A stretch of DNA of 64,000 bases, from NCBI GenBank assembly GCA_963845185.1, contig CAWJRG010000010.1, forward strand, positions 389,297 to 453,296. The letters run 5' to 3'. Positions 37,132 to 47,880 of the stretch are shown piece after piece (the stretch's first letter is position 1; every line of letters begins with the position of its first letter). Under the pieces are notes generated by a model. The model had not been told where the DNA came from, searched no databases, and was given only the letters and a program-made list of their open reading frames with translations. This stretch comes from an uncultured bacterium (GTDB lineage Bacteria; Oederibacteriota; PGYV01; CAWJRG01). The position numbers and the translations under genes are program-made.

Positions 37132-39276
37132 TTACTGTTGAATAATTATTTGCTCATTTTTGATGGTTATATTATTTATTTTATATAAATCAGTACTTAC
37201 AACGCCTTCGTCAAAGAGCGAGTTATATTCATTCAATCTGTTATCAACAATTATACCCGGCAAAGGAAAACCATTAATTTTATAGTAAGTATATTTAAAA
37301 CGCGGCTCATTGTTTATATCAAGATATGGTTTTACAGCATATTCATAAGTTTTATTTTTTCTTATGCCGCTATAAACAATATTTCCTTTTTCAAATCGAA
37401 TTACAGGATTTTCAATCTTATTTACCCTGTATCGGATAAATGTTGAAAAAATCTTAAAATTATTATCATTTAATTTCATTCCATAATTTTTACTAAATTT
37501 TTCAAAATCATTTTGACTTATTATCAGTTCGTTTACTTCAACTGCATCAAAAGTGGACAATTCCATGTTACCGTTAAACATTGTAAATCCGGCATTTTTG
37601 ACATTTAAATCTATTTTACTTATCCGGAATATTTGTTCATTTTTATTAAATTTATTTCCTATTATGCACCCGTCTGATACAAGCCTAATATCTGTTCCGC
37701 TCTGGTTTTGACTTACTGCCTTAACATTTACCCCTTTGATAAATGGAAACATTCTCTTGAATACTATATTAGCTTCTTCCTTATTCACAAACCTGTTTTG
37801 CCTTTTAAAAATAAACGCATTTGTTCCATCAGGAAGCGGATACTTTGCCATTTTCTTGAAACCGGTATACTTGCCCGATAATAGTAAATCTGTTATTTTT
37901 TTTCGTTCATCAAATCTTCCGGATTCAAGCCCGTTATCTTTGTCTTTTATCAGGACATAATCTGTAAAATAAGGAAATTTATCGCTTTCAGTAACAGCAA
38001 TGTTGTATTTACCGCTTAGCACTTTAAACCCCATTGTGTAATTATTTATATAACAAAAATCCGGCATAACACATAAACGGGTTTTGCCTTTTGAATCAGA
38101 CTTAACGTCGGAAAGCATTTGTTCAATTTTCCAATCAGATTCTGATGGCCATATTTTTATAGGCCAGTTTTGAATAATATTAAAATTACTTACAATGTAT
38201 ATTGCCATGGACAAAACAACTACAGTTGTCGTAGTAATTATGCCTGCGATTTTGTTTTTTATTATATAAATCAAATAAGACGTCAATATTGCCGCAAAAG
38301 GCAGAATTGGCATCAAATATCTGCCTTGCTTGTTTTTTATTAGAAAAAAAATTGTAAGCGGCACAATAACATACATCACGTACTTCCTGTTTTTTTCATC
38401 CAAAATCATGATAACAATTGCTGCCATCAATAAAAAAATAAATATTGGATTCATAGAACCGGCCAGTGCCTGAAAACAGAGTGCCAAACTCTTTAAAGAT
38501 AATACAGGAGGCGCGTTTTGTAAGTCAGCTCCGCTATATGCTGCAAATTTTAATATGTCATATGCAGTGAACCCGTTCTCGATATACCATGCACCGCATA
38601 TAAGTATTGAGGAAACAGCAAAAATAGCTAGATTTTTCAGCCTGTCCCCCATCTTCTCCCTGTTGAATACCTGCAATTCCAATATTAATGGGGTTATTGC
38701 ATAAATAATAAATGTCCATTTTGTAAGCATTCCAATTCCGGCTGTTATACCCGCAAGAAAAGAACAGACACCCGATTTAAAATTTTCAGTTCTTAATATG
38801 AGATAAATATATATGGCTGTAACTGAAGCCAGCGGAACGTCAAGCATAAAATAATGTCCTTCGGTAATTAATGCCGGATATGCCGCTGCTATTGACGCTG
38901 CGGCAATAGCGCTTTTAAACCCAAAAATCCGCCTGGTAAAAAGAAATACTCCTGTTATTAACAGTAATTGAAATAAAATAATTATATATGTAAACCCGTC
39001 TTCGTTGCTTCCAAATACCCGCGCTGAAACCGAACCAGCTATCGGAACAAACGGCGGATAATAGCGGTTTATTGATAAAAAAGCGTCCGGAAAATCGCGC
39101 GGCTTGGTTATGCGGAATTGCTCAGCATTTTTAAGATGCAATGATTCATCCCATCGTTGCGGGGTATTATCCATCCTTAGCCATAAGACATTAGATATTG
39201 CAATAAATATAAGTAATGAAACCAAAATAGAAATTTTTATTATTGTTAAATTATTTCCTATTTTTAATTCGGGCAT
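37132..39276 (-). CDS. GT-C fold glycosyltransferase of the GT39/GT83 (PMT/ArnT-like) family. Polytopic membrane protein.
   Basis: Start MPELKIGNN at 39276 (GGAGG RBS). More than 10 predicted TM helices. DE motif (RWDESLHL) in the first loop. Large C-terminal soluble domain. Confidence 0.6.
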   Translation of the reverse strand: MPELKIGNNLTIIKISILVSLLIFIAISNVLWLRMDNTPQRWDESLHLKNAEQFRITKPRDFPDAFLSINRYYPPFVPIAGSVSARVFGSNEDGFTYIIILFQLLLITGVFLFTRRIFGFKSAIAAASIAAAYPALITEGHYFMLDVPLASVTAIYIYLILRTENFKSGVCSFLAGITAGIGMLTKWTFIIYAITPLILELQVFNREKMGDRLKNLAIFAVSSILICGAWYIENGFTAYDILKFAAYSGADLQNAPPVLSLKSLALCFQALAGSMNPIFIFLLMAAIVIMILDEKNRKYVMYVIVPLTIFFLIKNKQGRYLMPILPFAAILTSYLIYIIKNKIAGIITTTTVVVLSMAIYIVSNFNIIQNWPIKIWPSESDWKIEQMLSDVKSDSKGKTRLCVMPDFCYINNYTMGFKVLSGKYNIAVTESDKFPYFTDYVLIKDKDNGLESGRFDERKKITDLLLSGKYTGFKKMAKYPLPDGTNAFIFKRQNRFVNKEEANIVFKRMFPFIKGVNVKAVSQNQSGTDIRLVSDGCIIGNKFNKNEQIFRISKIDLNVKNAGFTMFNGNMELSTFDAVEVNELIISQNDFEKFSKNYGMKLNDNNFKIFSTFIRYRVNKIENPVIRFEKGNIVYSGIRKNKTYEYAVKPYLDINNEPRFKYTYYKINGFPLPGIIVDNRLNEYNSLFDEGVVSTDLYKINNITIKNEQIIIQQ

Positions 39277-39413
39277 TTCAATTCCTCCGTTGTGCAATAT
39301 ATACCTTGGATATAAAACTGTTCTTATTTCAAACAGTTTATCACAAATTATTTTGCGGGTTGCAGCAAATTAGACCTTGTTTTTTGCAGAACCTCGTCAA
39401 TCGAAGTTTACAA

Positions 39414-40570
39414 CTAATCTTCCCTCCCCATCATTTCCCCATACATTTTTAAATGCTTCATTGCAATATCATTCCACTCCGGCACCATCTTTTTCGTCCT
39501 TTTCCTGCGGCCTGTGAAATCCATTGCGGTCTTTAGTTCTTCCGGTGAGCCGGGTTTCACGTAATATATATTTTCACCGGGATAAAACCCGTGCTTATCC
39601 CTGCTTGCCGTCACTATGTACGTATCCTGTTGCGCAGCGGCGAGAAAACTGCCGTTGCGCGGGGACAGGCCGCCTTTAAACGGGAACACGCATAAATCCG
39701 CAGAAGCCAGCCACTGCGCTATTTTTTGCGGGCCAAGCCCGGGAATGAACTTAATTTGCCCGAATACGCCTGCTTCAATTGCCTTTTGTTTCCACTCTGC
39801 CTGAAATGCCTCTGATTCATTGACGCGGCCAAGGTGCACCCATTTGAACTTAAGGAAATCAAAAGCTTTTACAATCTCGTCAAAACCTTTGGCCCCGGTT
39901 ATAAACCCGAATGTTACCATTAATTTCCGGCCTTTCCTGAGCCCTGCCTGTTTTTGTATTTTTTTCTTTTCGCTGCCTTTTAAAACTGCCTTTGGTATTT
40001 TTGAGCCTATTTCTATCACTTTTTTTGCCCTGTTGCCGAGCGCTGCCGCAATCAGCATGCCGGTTGTTTTCATGTTTTCCTCTTCCACAAAAACTGCTGC
40101 GTCGGAGAACGCGAGGTTTATTGCCAGCCTCAGCCTGCCGGTAAATTTCAGGCGCTTTAAAGGCTCGTGCAGCATGGACACCACTTTCACGCCCGGCATG
40201 AAAATTTTTATCAGCATGGGTAAAAGGTTTGTGCCGGGATTTTTCCTGTACTGCGTGTTTGGATACTGGAAATGCGCTATGTTATGTCAGGTTTCAGTCC
40301 CTTTATCCTTTTCAGAATGCTGAAAACATTACCTGCTTTCCATGAATTTACTTCAGGATACACCGATGGGTTCCCGCCTGACTTTTTTATACCGAGGTAA
40401 GATGACGTCAGCACTGACACGCCAGCGCCGCTGCGCGCGAGCGTTTCAGCAAGTAAAGACGTGTAGTCCCCTATGCCGCACACCTCAGGCGGGTAGCTGC
40501 CTATTACAAACAGCACGTTCAAATTATTTTTCTTCATACTGCCCCATCCTGTTGTTAAAAAAATCCGCAT
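39414..40570 (-). pseudogene. GT4 glycosyltransferase, copy 1. Disrupted by a 5-nt tandem insertion near 40240.
   Basis: N-terminal ORF 40277..40570 (MRIFLTTGWGSMKKNN...KPDIT) and C-terminal ORF 39414..40217 together match intact segments of copy 2. gctatgttatgtcagg here versus gctatgtcagg in copy 2. Confidence 0.6.
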
Positions 40571-40876
40571 AACTATTTCTTTATTATTTGCCTATAGAGT
40601 ATTATCATTTGCCACCTAATAAATTAGTTTAATTTTATGAAATACCCTGCGGGTTGTCAAGAATTATTTAAAAAATTGAAATTAACGCTTATTGGATAAA
40701 AAATTGATTTGGCAAGCTTGGGTTTTTAAGGTTGCGCTTGGAAGGAAAAAGTATTAAGATTCGAACAAAAGGAGCACAATAATGGCAAATATAATACTGA
40801 AAAAAGAAACAGAAATAATGCAAGTCATTTATAGCAAATGCAGGTCAATTAGAAAAGCAAGTGTGGTATCGGCAGC

Positions 40877-42397
40877 TTGAATAAACCCATTTTTAAATTA
40901 AATACAATTATTATTATCCTTTTGTATACCATTCCTGCGGCAATTGCTGTATTTTTTCTTTTTGGCAACCTCGGCAATCGATACCTGTGGCAGGATGAGG
41001 CAGTAACGGCTTTTGTCGGCAAGACTGTAATCCAGCGGGGACTACCGTACGGGGATGACGGACTGAATATCGTAACGCAAAACGACAGATGTGATTGGGG
41101 AAACGGCAGGATATGGAAATGGCATCCATGGCTTCAGTTTTACATAGCCGCGGCTTCCATGAAGCTTTTTGGATTTGATTCCTTTGGCGCAAGGTTCCTG
41201 TTTTCCCTTTTCGGGTTGTTTACAATAATAATTTTATATTTTTTCGCCATGGAACTGTTTTCAGATAAAAAAATCGCCTTTTTCTCGGCGCTATTGCTTA
41301 TTGTCACGGTGCCTTTCATGCTGATTTCCAGGCAATGCAGGTATTACAGCCTGTTAAACTTCTTTTTTTTATTGACCCTCCTGGGTTATATTAGGGCAAT
41401 AAAAGGGAGAAAATACGGTTATACGCTTTTTGCAGTCGCCATGTTTTTTCTTTTTCATACGCAGTATGTATATTGCGCGCCTGCCGCAGGAGCCGTACTG
41501 CTGCATGCGTTTTTATACCATAAAAACCGGTTGAAAATTCTGGCTGTAATAATGGCCTGCGTTTTTATCATAAGTTTCCCAATGTACCAGTTTTTTTATA
41601 AATCAAATTTTCTCACAAAAAATTTCATTTGGGATATGTTGAAAAGGATTCATTCGTACTTTTTTTATTATACATCCTTTATTTTAAAATATATACTGCC
41701 TGGTTATATGGTGGCTATTGGTGGACTACTGCTTTTTATAAAGATTAAAAACGATAAAAGTTATTTTTTTCGGACAGACGGCATGCAGGAAGGATTAAGC
41801 CTTGTTTTCTTCTTAATAGTTTTTACATTCATATTTCTCTTCACAGGGCGCAATGATTATTCCAGGTATATCGAGCCGTTAATACCATTTTTTGCCCTGA
41901 TAACGGCCGTGATTTTAATTAAATCCGCGCAGATTACTCCTGTCATCCCGGCAGTACTCATTGTTTTATTGTTAAACACTTATAATATAAAAGATTTTTT
42001 ATATGAACTTACCCATAATTATGATGGGCCAATAAAAGGCATATCAAAATACCTGAATGAAAACGCGAAAAAAGGTGATATAGTCGCTATGGCGGGATAC
42101 GGCGATATAGCAATTAAATTCCATACGGGATTAAGAGTGGTTGGCGGAGAATCAAAAGACTTGAATAAGCAGGATATACTAAATGCAAAATGGGTGATAG
42201 TAAGGAAACATACGGTGTATGACAGGGATGAATTCTCAAAAAATGAAATTTTAAGTCTGGTTGACCTCAAAAAATACAAAAAGATAGTAATAAATTACCC
42301 TGATACAACATTTGAAACCAGGGAAAATCCCGAAGAGCACATGTTTAAGACCGACACAAAAGAAGACAGGGTTGTAATTTACGAAAAAATGAATTAA
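40877..42397 (+). CDS. Second GT-C (PMT/ArnT-like) membrane glycosyltransferase.
   Basis: Track ORF starts at TTG. RYLWQDEAVTAFVGK DE motif after the first TM. Multiple TM helices plus C-terminal soluble domain. Confidence 0.55.
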   Translation: MNKPIFKLNTIIIILLYTIPAAIAVFFLFGNLGNRYLWQDEAVTAFVGKTVIQRGLPYGDDGLNIVTQNDRCDWGNGRIWKWHPWLQFYIAAASMKLFGFDSFGARFLFSLFGLFTIIILYFFAMELFSDKKIAFFSALLLIVTVPFMLISRQCRYYSLLNFFFLLTLLGYIRAIKGRKYGYTLFAVAMFFLFHTQYVYCAPAAGAVLLHAFLYHKNRLKILAVIMACVFIISFPMYQFFYKSNFLTKNFIWDMLKRIHSYFFYYTSFILKYILPGYMVAIGGLLLFIKIKNDKSYFFRTDGMQEGLSLVFFLIVFTFIFLFTGRNDYSRYIEPLIPFFALITAVILIKSAQITPVIPAVLIVLLLNTYNIKDFLYELTHNYDGPIKGISKYLNENAKKGDIVAMAGYGDIAIKFHTGLRVVGGESKDLNKQDILNAKWVIVRKHTVYDRDEFSKNEILSLVDLKKYKKIVINYPDTTFETRENPEEHMFKTDTKEDRVVIYEKMN

Positions 42398-43540
42398 ATT
42401 TTTATAATTTCTCTATACATTTTTAAATGCTTCCCTGCAATATCCTCCCACTCCGGCACTAATTTTTTAGTCCTTTTGCTTTTCCCCCTGAAATCCATGG
42501 CTTTTTTTAGTTCTTCTGCCGGGCCGGGTTTCACGTAATATATATTTTCACCGGGATAAAACCCGTGCTTATCCCTGCTTGCCGTCACTATGTACGTATC
42601 CTGTTGCGCAGCGGCGAGAAAAACTGCCGTTGCGCGGGGAAAGGCCGCCTTTAAACGGGAACACGCATAAATCCGCAGAAGCCAGCCACTGCGCTATTTG
42701 CTGCGGGCCGAGCCCGGGAATGAACTTAATTTGCCCGAATACGCCTGCTTCTGTTGCCTTTTGCTTCCACTCCAGCTGAAATGCCTCTGATTCATTGACT
42801 CTGCCAAGGTGCACCCATCTGAACTTTTTGCTGTCAAAAGCCCTGATAAGCTCGTCAAAACCTTTGGCTGCGGTTATAAACCCGAATGTTACCATTAGTT
42901 TCTGGCCTTTTTTAAGCCCTGCCTGTTTTTGTATTTTTTCCTTTTCGCTGCCTTTTAAAACTGCCTTTGGTATGTTTGAGCCTATTTCTATCACTTTTTT
43001 TGCCCTGTTGCCGAGCGCTGCCCCAATCAGCAGGCCGGTTGTTTTCATGTTTTCCTCTTCCACAAAAACTGCTGCGTCGGAGAACGCGAGGTTTATTGCC
43101 AGCCTCAGCCTGCCGGTAAATTTGAGGCGTTTTAAAGGTTCGTGCAGCGTTGACACGACTTTCACCCCGGGCACAAAAATTTTTATCAGCATTGGCAAAA
43201 GGTTTGTGCCGAGGTTTTTCCTGTATTGCGTGTTCGGATACTGGAAATGCGCTATGTCAGGCTTCAGTTCCCTTATTCTTTTCAATATGCTGAAAACATT
43301 GCCTGCTTTCCATGATTTTACTTCAGGATAGACTGCCGGGTTTGCTTTGGATTTTTTTATGCCAAGGTAAGATGACGTCAGCACCGACACGCCAGCGCCG
43401 GTGCGCGCGAGCGCCCCGGCAAGCAAAGAAGTATAGTCTCCTATGCCGCACACCTCGGGCGGAAAACTGCCTGTTACAAACAGCACGTTAAAATTATTTT
43501 TCTTCATACTGCCCCATCCTGTTGTTAAAAAAATCCGCAA
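42394..43540 (-). pseudogene. GT4 glycosyltransferase, copy 2. Disrupted by +1 T in a T4/T5 homopolymer near 42625.
   Basis: ORFs 42569..43540 and 42394..42588 overlap in different frames. AACGGCAGTTTTTCTCGCC here versus AACGGCAGTTTTCTCGCC in copy 1. Otherwise more than 90% nt identity to copy 1. Confidence 0.6.
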
Positions 43541-44375
43541 AAGCCCTGAGCACGTATTTTAAGTTCTGCCTGTTTTTAAATATGGCGCCGAGCAAAGGCC
43601 AGCGCACGCACCACGCCGCAACAAAAAAAAGGAAAGCCGGGAAATGCTTGCGCGATATATAAAGCCTGTTGCGTGTGAAATAATAAAGCCTTAAAGGCGA
43701 GTCAGGGAAGGTTTTTGAAACCTTGTGGTACACTGTTGAGTCCGCTGCCATGGTTACTGCCATGCCTGATTTTTTTATCCGCGCGCATATGTCTGTTTCC
43801 TCGAACAGAAGAAAGAGTTTTTCGTCAAGCATGCCTGCTTTTTCTATTGCCTGCCTTGACAGCATCATGCTGCAGCCCGATACATAGTCGAGGCGCGCGC
43901 CGTCAAGGACCTTGATGCCCGTGTCCTGTTTGTTCTCCAAATAATGCGACGTAGTGCCGCTGAACTTGCGATAAATCCCGCCCGCGAACCACGTTGTTTT
44001 TTTGTCAGGGTAGCACAGTATCCTGGAGCCTGCCGCGCCTGTCCCCGGTTTTTTCTCAAACGCGCTGAGCAGGCCGCTGCACGCGGATTTGTCAGCCAGC
44101 GTGTCGTTGTTCAGTATCCATATGTAATCTGCGCCCTGCTCCATGGCGCGGCTTATGCCCGCGTTGTTCCCGCCGGCGTAGCCGAGATTAGCCGCAAGTT
44201 CCAGGTAGCTTATGTCAGGGTGCGCCTGCTTTATTTTTTCCAGAGAGCCGTCATGCGAGCCATTGTCCACGCACAATATGGAAACCTGCGTGTCCTGCGA
44301 TTTAAGCGGCGTTATGCACTCTATGGTGTCGGAAAAATTTTTCCATGTGAGCACAACTGCAAAAACTTTTGCCAT
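43494..44375 (-). CDS. GT2 family glycosyltransferase.
   Basis: MAKVFAVVLTWKNFSDTIECI...VDNGSHDGS; DxD-type region. Start chosen at MAKVF. Confidence 0.6.
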   Translation of the reverse strand: MAKVFAVVLTWKNFSDTIECITPLKSQDTQVSILCVDNGSHDGSLEKIKQAHPDISYLELAANLGYAGGNNAGISRAMEQGADYIWILNNDTLADKSACSGLLSAFEKKPGTGAAGSRILCYPDKKTTWFAGGIYRKFSGTTSHYLENKQDTGIKVLDGARLDYVSGCSMMLSRQAIEKAGMLDEKLFLLFEETDICARIKKSGMAVTMAADSTVYHKVSKTFPDSPLRLYYFTRNRLYISRKHFPAFLFFVAAWCVRWPLLGAIFKNRQNLKYVLRAFADFFNNRMGQYEEK

Positions 44376-44556
44376 TTTTAATCCTGCCTTTTCAGTGGAA
44401 CCCCGTTGACGAGAGTCGGCGGCACCTTTAAAATCCACTGGAGCATTATAATCATCTCGCGACGTCCCCGAAGCGTCAAAGCGTAGCGGGGCCGGAGGTT
44501 CTCATAAGTTCCCTCCGGAAAGGCTATAGTCCCGAGCGAAGTCGAGCGGATATTAT

Positions 44557-45858
44557 TCATCCCTCAACCGGAGTTGTGGGGATTTCTTTCCGGATGAATC
44601 CGAGCGCGAGCAGCCCGAAAAAATAAATTGAGTCCTCTATAAAATAAAACTCCTTGCCGAAAAATCCCGACGCCAGCCAGCCTGCCAGCCAGCACAGGCT
44701 TGCAAGCGCAAAGGCGTCTCCTGCTGCCCTGCGCGCCAGGAAAATGACCGAGGAGCCGAAAAAAAACAGCGCTGCCAGGAGGCCTAAAGCCCCGGACGCC
44801 AGCGCTATGCCGAGGTAAAACGAATGCGGGGATTCTATCAGCGCCGCCATTCCCTTGTTGATGCCATCAAAAACATACTGCGGGTCATTGTGGATTTTTA
44901 TGCCATACGTTGCGAAGCCCGTGCCTGTCCACAGGGACTTATTGAGCATGTCCATGGCAGCTGCCTGCAGTTTTGCCCTTTCAGAAAACAAAATATCCTG
45001 CTCCGAGCTCGCCAGCCTCTGGCGCATTGCCGGCACAAAAAGCATAAATGCAATGTAAAGCACGGCAAAAAGAAGCAGCGGCGCCGCTGCCTTTGCCCTT
45101 TGCATTCCTGCTGCGGGCTTGAATTTAACTGTTGCCATTACTGCCAGGGAAACAAATACCGCGATAATGTTCGAGCGCGAAAAAGTCAGGATAAGCGCGG
45201 CCATTGCTGCTGCCAGCAGCAGCAGCCAGAAGATGATTTTTGATTTGTCAGCCCTGAAATAAAAATACGCGGTTATGAAGGTTATGAAAAAAAGCATGTA
45301 ATTGGAAAAATAATTGGTGTCGCAGAAAATCCCGCCCAGCCTCAGGCTGCCGTTATAATTCCAGTGCACAAGGCTGCCTGCCTTGAAAATGCGGAAAAAC
45401 CAGTCCGCGGAATTCCCGGGAAAAAGCTCCAGAAATGCCGCTGCCGTGCTTATTATGCCTGTAACGAGCAGTACTTTTGCCAGGGTTTCCCTTCCTGAGT
45501 CATGCTGAAACGCGCTTAAACACGCGCAAAAAACCAGCATTGCAACTGCCGGGTTAAGCGCGTATTTCAGGTTTTGCAGCCGCGGCTCCCTGAAAAAAGC
45601 CAGGATCACCCCGTATAAAACGCAGGCGCAGATAAAAAGAAGCTCCCTTGGCAGAGTGTTTTTTTCCCTGCGCAGCAGGCGCAAAAGCCACGCAAGGATG
45701 AAAATAAAAGCAAGCGCCTTTGTGAGCGTAAAGGTATTCAGGCCCGGCAGTTTGACAGAAAAAGGCAAAAGCAGGTAAAAAGAAAATGACGCGTAAAGCG
45801 CCAGCCCCAGCCAAAAGCAAACCCTGTCTAAAATGTCTTTTTTTGCATCGTTGTCCAT
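44557..45858 (-). CDS. O-antigen ligase/polymerase-like (Wzy_C) membrane protein.
   Basis: About 11 TM helices with a large loop. Size and hydropathy match the Wzy/WaaL family. Confidence 0.5.
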   Translation of the reverse strand: MDNDAKKDILDRVCFWLGLALYASFSFYLLLPFSVKLPGLNTFTLTKALAFIFILAWLLRLLRREKNTLPRELLFICACVLYGVILAFFREPRLQNLKYALNPAVAMLVFCACLSAFQHDSGRETLAKVLLVTGIISTAAAFLELFPGNSADWFFRIFKAGSLVHWNYNGSLRLGGIFCDTNYFSNYMLFFITFITAYFYFRADKSKIIFWLLLLAAAMAALILTFSRSNIIAVFVSLAVMATVKFKPAAGMQRAKAAAPLLLFAVLYIAFMLFVPAMRQRLASSEQDILFSERAKLQAAAMDMLNKSLWTGTGFATYGIKIHNDPQYVFDGINKGMAALIESPHSFYLGIALASGALGLLAALFFFGSSVIFLARRAAGDAFALASLCWLAGWLASGFFGKEFYFIEDSIYFFGLLALGFIRKEIPTTPVEG

Positions 45859-45862
45859 ATTT

Positions 45863-47335
45863 TTACTGCCTTTTTTTCAGCACGTACCTGATGTCCTCAA
45901 CATAAGTCCTTGCGTTGAGCGCGAAGCAGACTGCGGCATAAACGGCGATTGCAAGGCACGCGAAAATTATCAGCAGGAAGAGGTTTTTCACCGGGTGCAT
46001 TCCCGCAAGCCATTGTATGAGCGGGACAGTCAGGCAAAAAGCAGCCACAGGCGCAAAGAGCGCGCTTATCGGCTTGAACCCGTAGTCCCTTGCCGCGTCA
46101 GCCATGTACTTGAACGAAGTGAGGTTCATGAGCAGGTTCGCCATGCCAAAGCCCGCTATGCCGAACTTCGGCACGAGAAAGACAGAGAGCAGCCACATCG
46201 TACCGGCCCAGACAAAGGAATACCTGAAATTATAGCCTGCCCTGCCCATGGCGTTAAACGCCGCGACAAGCGGGTATATCGCGGCAAGTATGAAATTTAT
46301 CGGTATAAAGTACTTGAAAAGCACGAGCGCGCTGGCCCATTTATCAGTATAAATTATGTGCGTTATCGGCCCGCTCAGCGACAGTATTACGCATGAAAAT
46401 CCCGCTATCAACAGCGCGTTCAGGCGCACGGTGGTGTTCAGCACGCGGCTGAACTTCTCTTTGTCCTGCTGCAGCTTGGAAAAAAGCGGGAAAAGGACCC
46501 TGGACAATATGGCTGACGCGAGCAGCGGGTAGTTTGCGACCGAAGTCGCCCAGTTGATAAGTCCCACGGAAGCGGTGCCCAGCATCGGCGCGATGACAAC
46601 CGGTATGAAGCTGTCCTTTGCCATGTTTACGAAGTGCACGCCCTGGAAAGAAAGGCCGAAAGGAAGGATGGGCTTGATGAGCCTGAAGTTCCATTTAAAC
46701 CGCGGCTTGAACCTGGCGAAAAAGAATACAAATAAAAGCATGCAAATGTTTTTCACAGCGAGCCCGGCGATAAGCGAGAAAACCCCTTTGTGCATGAGCG
46801 CCAGCGTCACCGCGGTTGCCTGGAAAGCCACGACCTCTATGACTTCGAGCGCGGCAATCCTCGCAAAAGAAAGCTTGCGCTCCATCATCATGACCGGTAT
46901 TATCCTGAAAGAAACCAGGTAGTAGGATACTATGGAAATGCGTATGAGCCAGATTGTCGACCTGTCGGCGAAAAGCCCGCCAGCAAAAAACGAGGCGATG
47001 AGCAGAAGCACGGCTATGCCTGCCATCACTACCTGTTGGAAGGAAAACACGGCGTCAATGGCACGTTCGGAAACCTTGCCCGGCTTCCTGATGAGCGCGC
47101 TTCCCAGGCCGCCGTCCCCCACGTACGTCAGAAAATTTATGACAAAAAGTATTATGAAATATATCCCGAAGTCCGAGGGCATGAGCACCCTCGCAAGCGC
47201 CACCTGCCCGGCAAAATTCACCAGGTTCATGGCAGCCTGCCTGAATATCATGAAAAACGCCGCTCTTGAAGCTTTATGCCTCAGCTCGGACATTGCCGCC
47301 AACTTTGCGGCCCCCTGCGTTTTTTTCTTTCCCAA
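45863..47335 (-). CDS. Polysaccharide biosynthesis flippase (Wzx, MOP superfamily).
   Basis: 490 aa, 12-14 TM helices. N-terminal RQAAMNLVNFAGQVALARVL is typical of Wzx. Confidence 0.6.
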   Translation of the reverse strand: MGKKKTQGAAKLAAMSELRHKASRAAFFMIFRQAAMNLVNFAGQVALARVLMPSDFGIYFIILFVINFLTYVGDGGLGSALIRKPGKVSERAIDAVFSFQQVVMAGIAVLLLIASFFAGGLFADRSTIWLIRISIVSYYLVSFRIIPVMMMERKLSFARIAALEVIEVVAFQATAVTLALMHKGVFSLIAGLAVKNICMLLFVFFFARFKPRFKWNFRLIKPILPFGLSFQGVHFVNMAKDSFIPVVIAPMLGTASVGLINWATSVANYPLLASAILSRVLFPLFSKLQQDKEKFSRVLNTTVRLNALLIAGFSCVILSLSGPITHIIYTDKWASALVLFKYFIPINFILAAIYPLVAAFNAMGRAGYNFRYSFVWAGTMWLLSVFLVPKFGIAGFGMANLLMNLTSFKYMADAARDYGFKPISALFAPVAAFCLTVPLIQWLAGMHPVKNLFLLIIFACLAIAVYAAVCFALNARTYVEDIRYVLKKRQ

Positions 47336-47362
47336 AAGCGGCTGCCTGATATTGCCACGGTT

Positions 47363-47710
47363 TTAGTCCCCTATCATTTTTCTTATTATGTTTATATGGT
47401 CTTCCTTTATCACCAGGAATTCCATGCCAGACCTGTATTTTTTTATGCTGTCGTCGAATTTCGACCACTTGACTTCGGCAAAGGTGGCTATCGGCTCATG
47501 CTCGTCCTCGAGCATTATGTCCAGCCTCAGCATCTGGTCGGGGTTGAGGGTTTCGTCGCACAAAAGCTGTATGCCCATTATGCTAATGTCCGCGCTGTCA
47601 ACCGTCTTTTTCGGCGGCTCCCAGCCCGGCTTGTCAATGTCGGAATTGGAAATTATTTTATACACCACTTTCAATTTTTTATTTGCCCTCTTATGCCTTC
47701 TTCTTTCCAT
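47363..47710 (-). CDS. PilZ domain (c-di-GMP-binding) protein.
   Basis: RRHKRANKKLKVVYKI ... DISIMGIQLL (RxxxR ... D.S.xG). Confidence 0.55.
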   Translation of the reverse strand: MERRRHKRANKKLKVVYKIISNSDIDKPGWEPPKKTVDSADISIMGIQLLCDETLNPDQMLRLDIMLEDEHEPIATFAEVKWSKFDDSIKKYRSGMEFLVIKEDHINIIRKMIGD

Positions 47711-47880
47711 GAATAATTCTCCCTGGGCATTGCACTGCTCCTGTTTCGGCGCTTCATTTGAACTGCGCCTTTTAATTTGCTTTATAACTAATTATATACT
47801 TTTATCATTAAAATATCAAGGATATGTGTGGTGAAAAATGACGGCAAAGAATTTTGATATCGCCTACCGACTTTTTAAAC

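Noticed and set aside
44400-44560. Intergenic hairpin-rich sequence (ccccgaagcgtcaaagcgtagcgggg) resembling the cgaagcgacgaagc core of the 51652 element
   Set aside because: The match is short and there are no flanking inverted repeats. Probably just a terminator or attenuator between the GT2 and Wzy-like genes.
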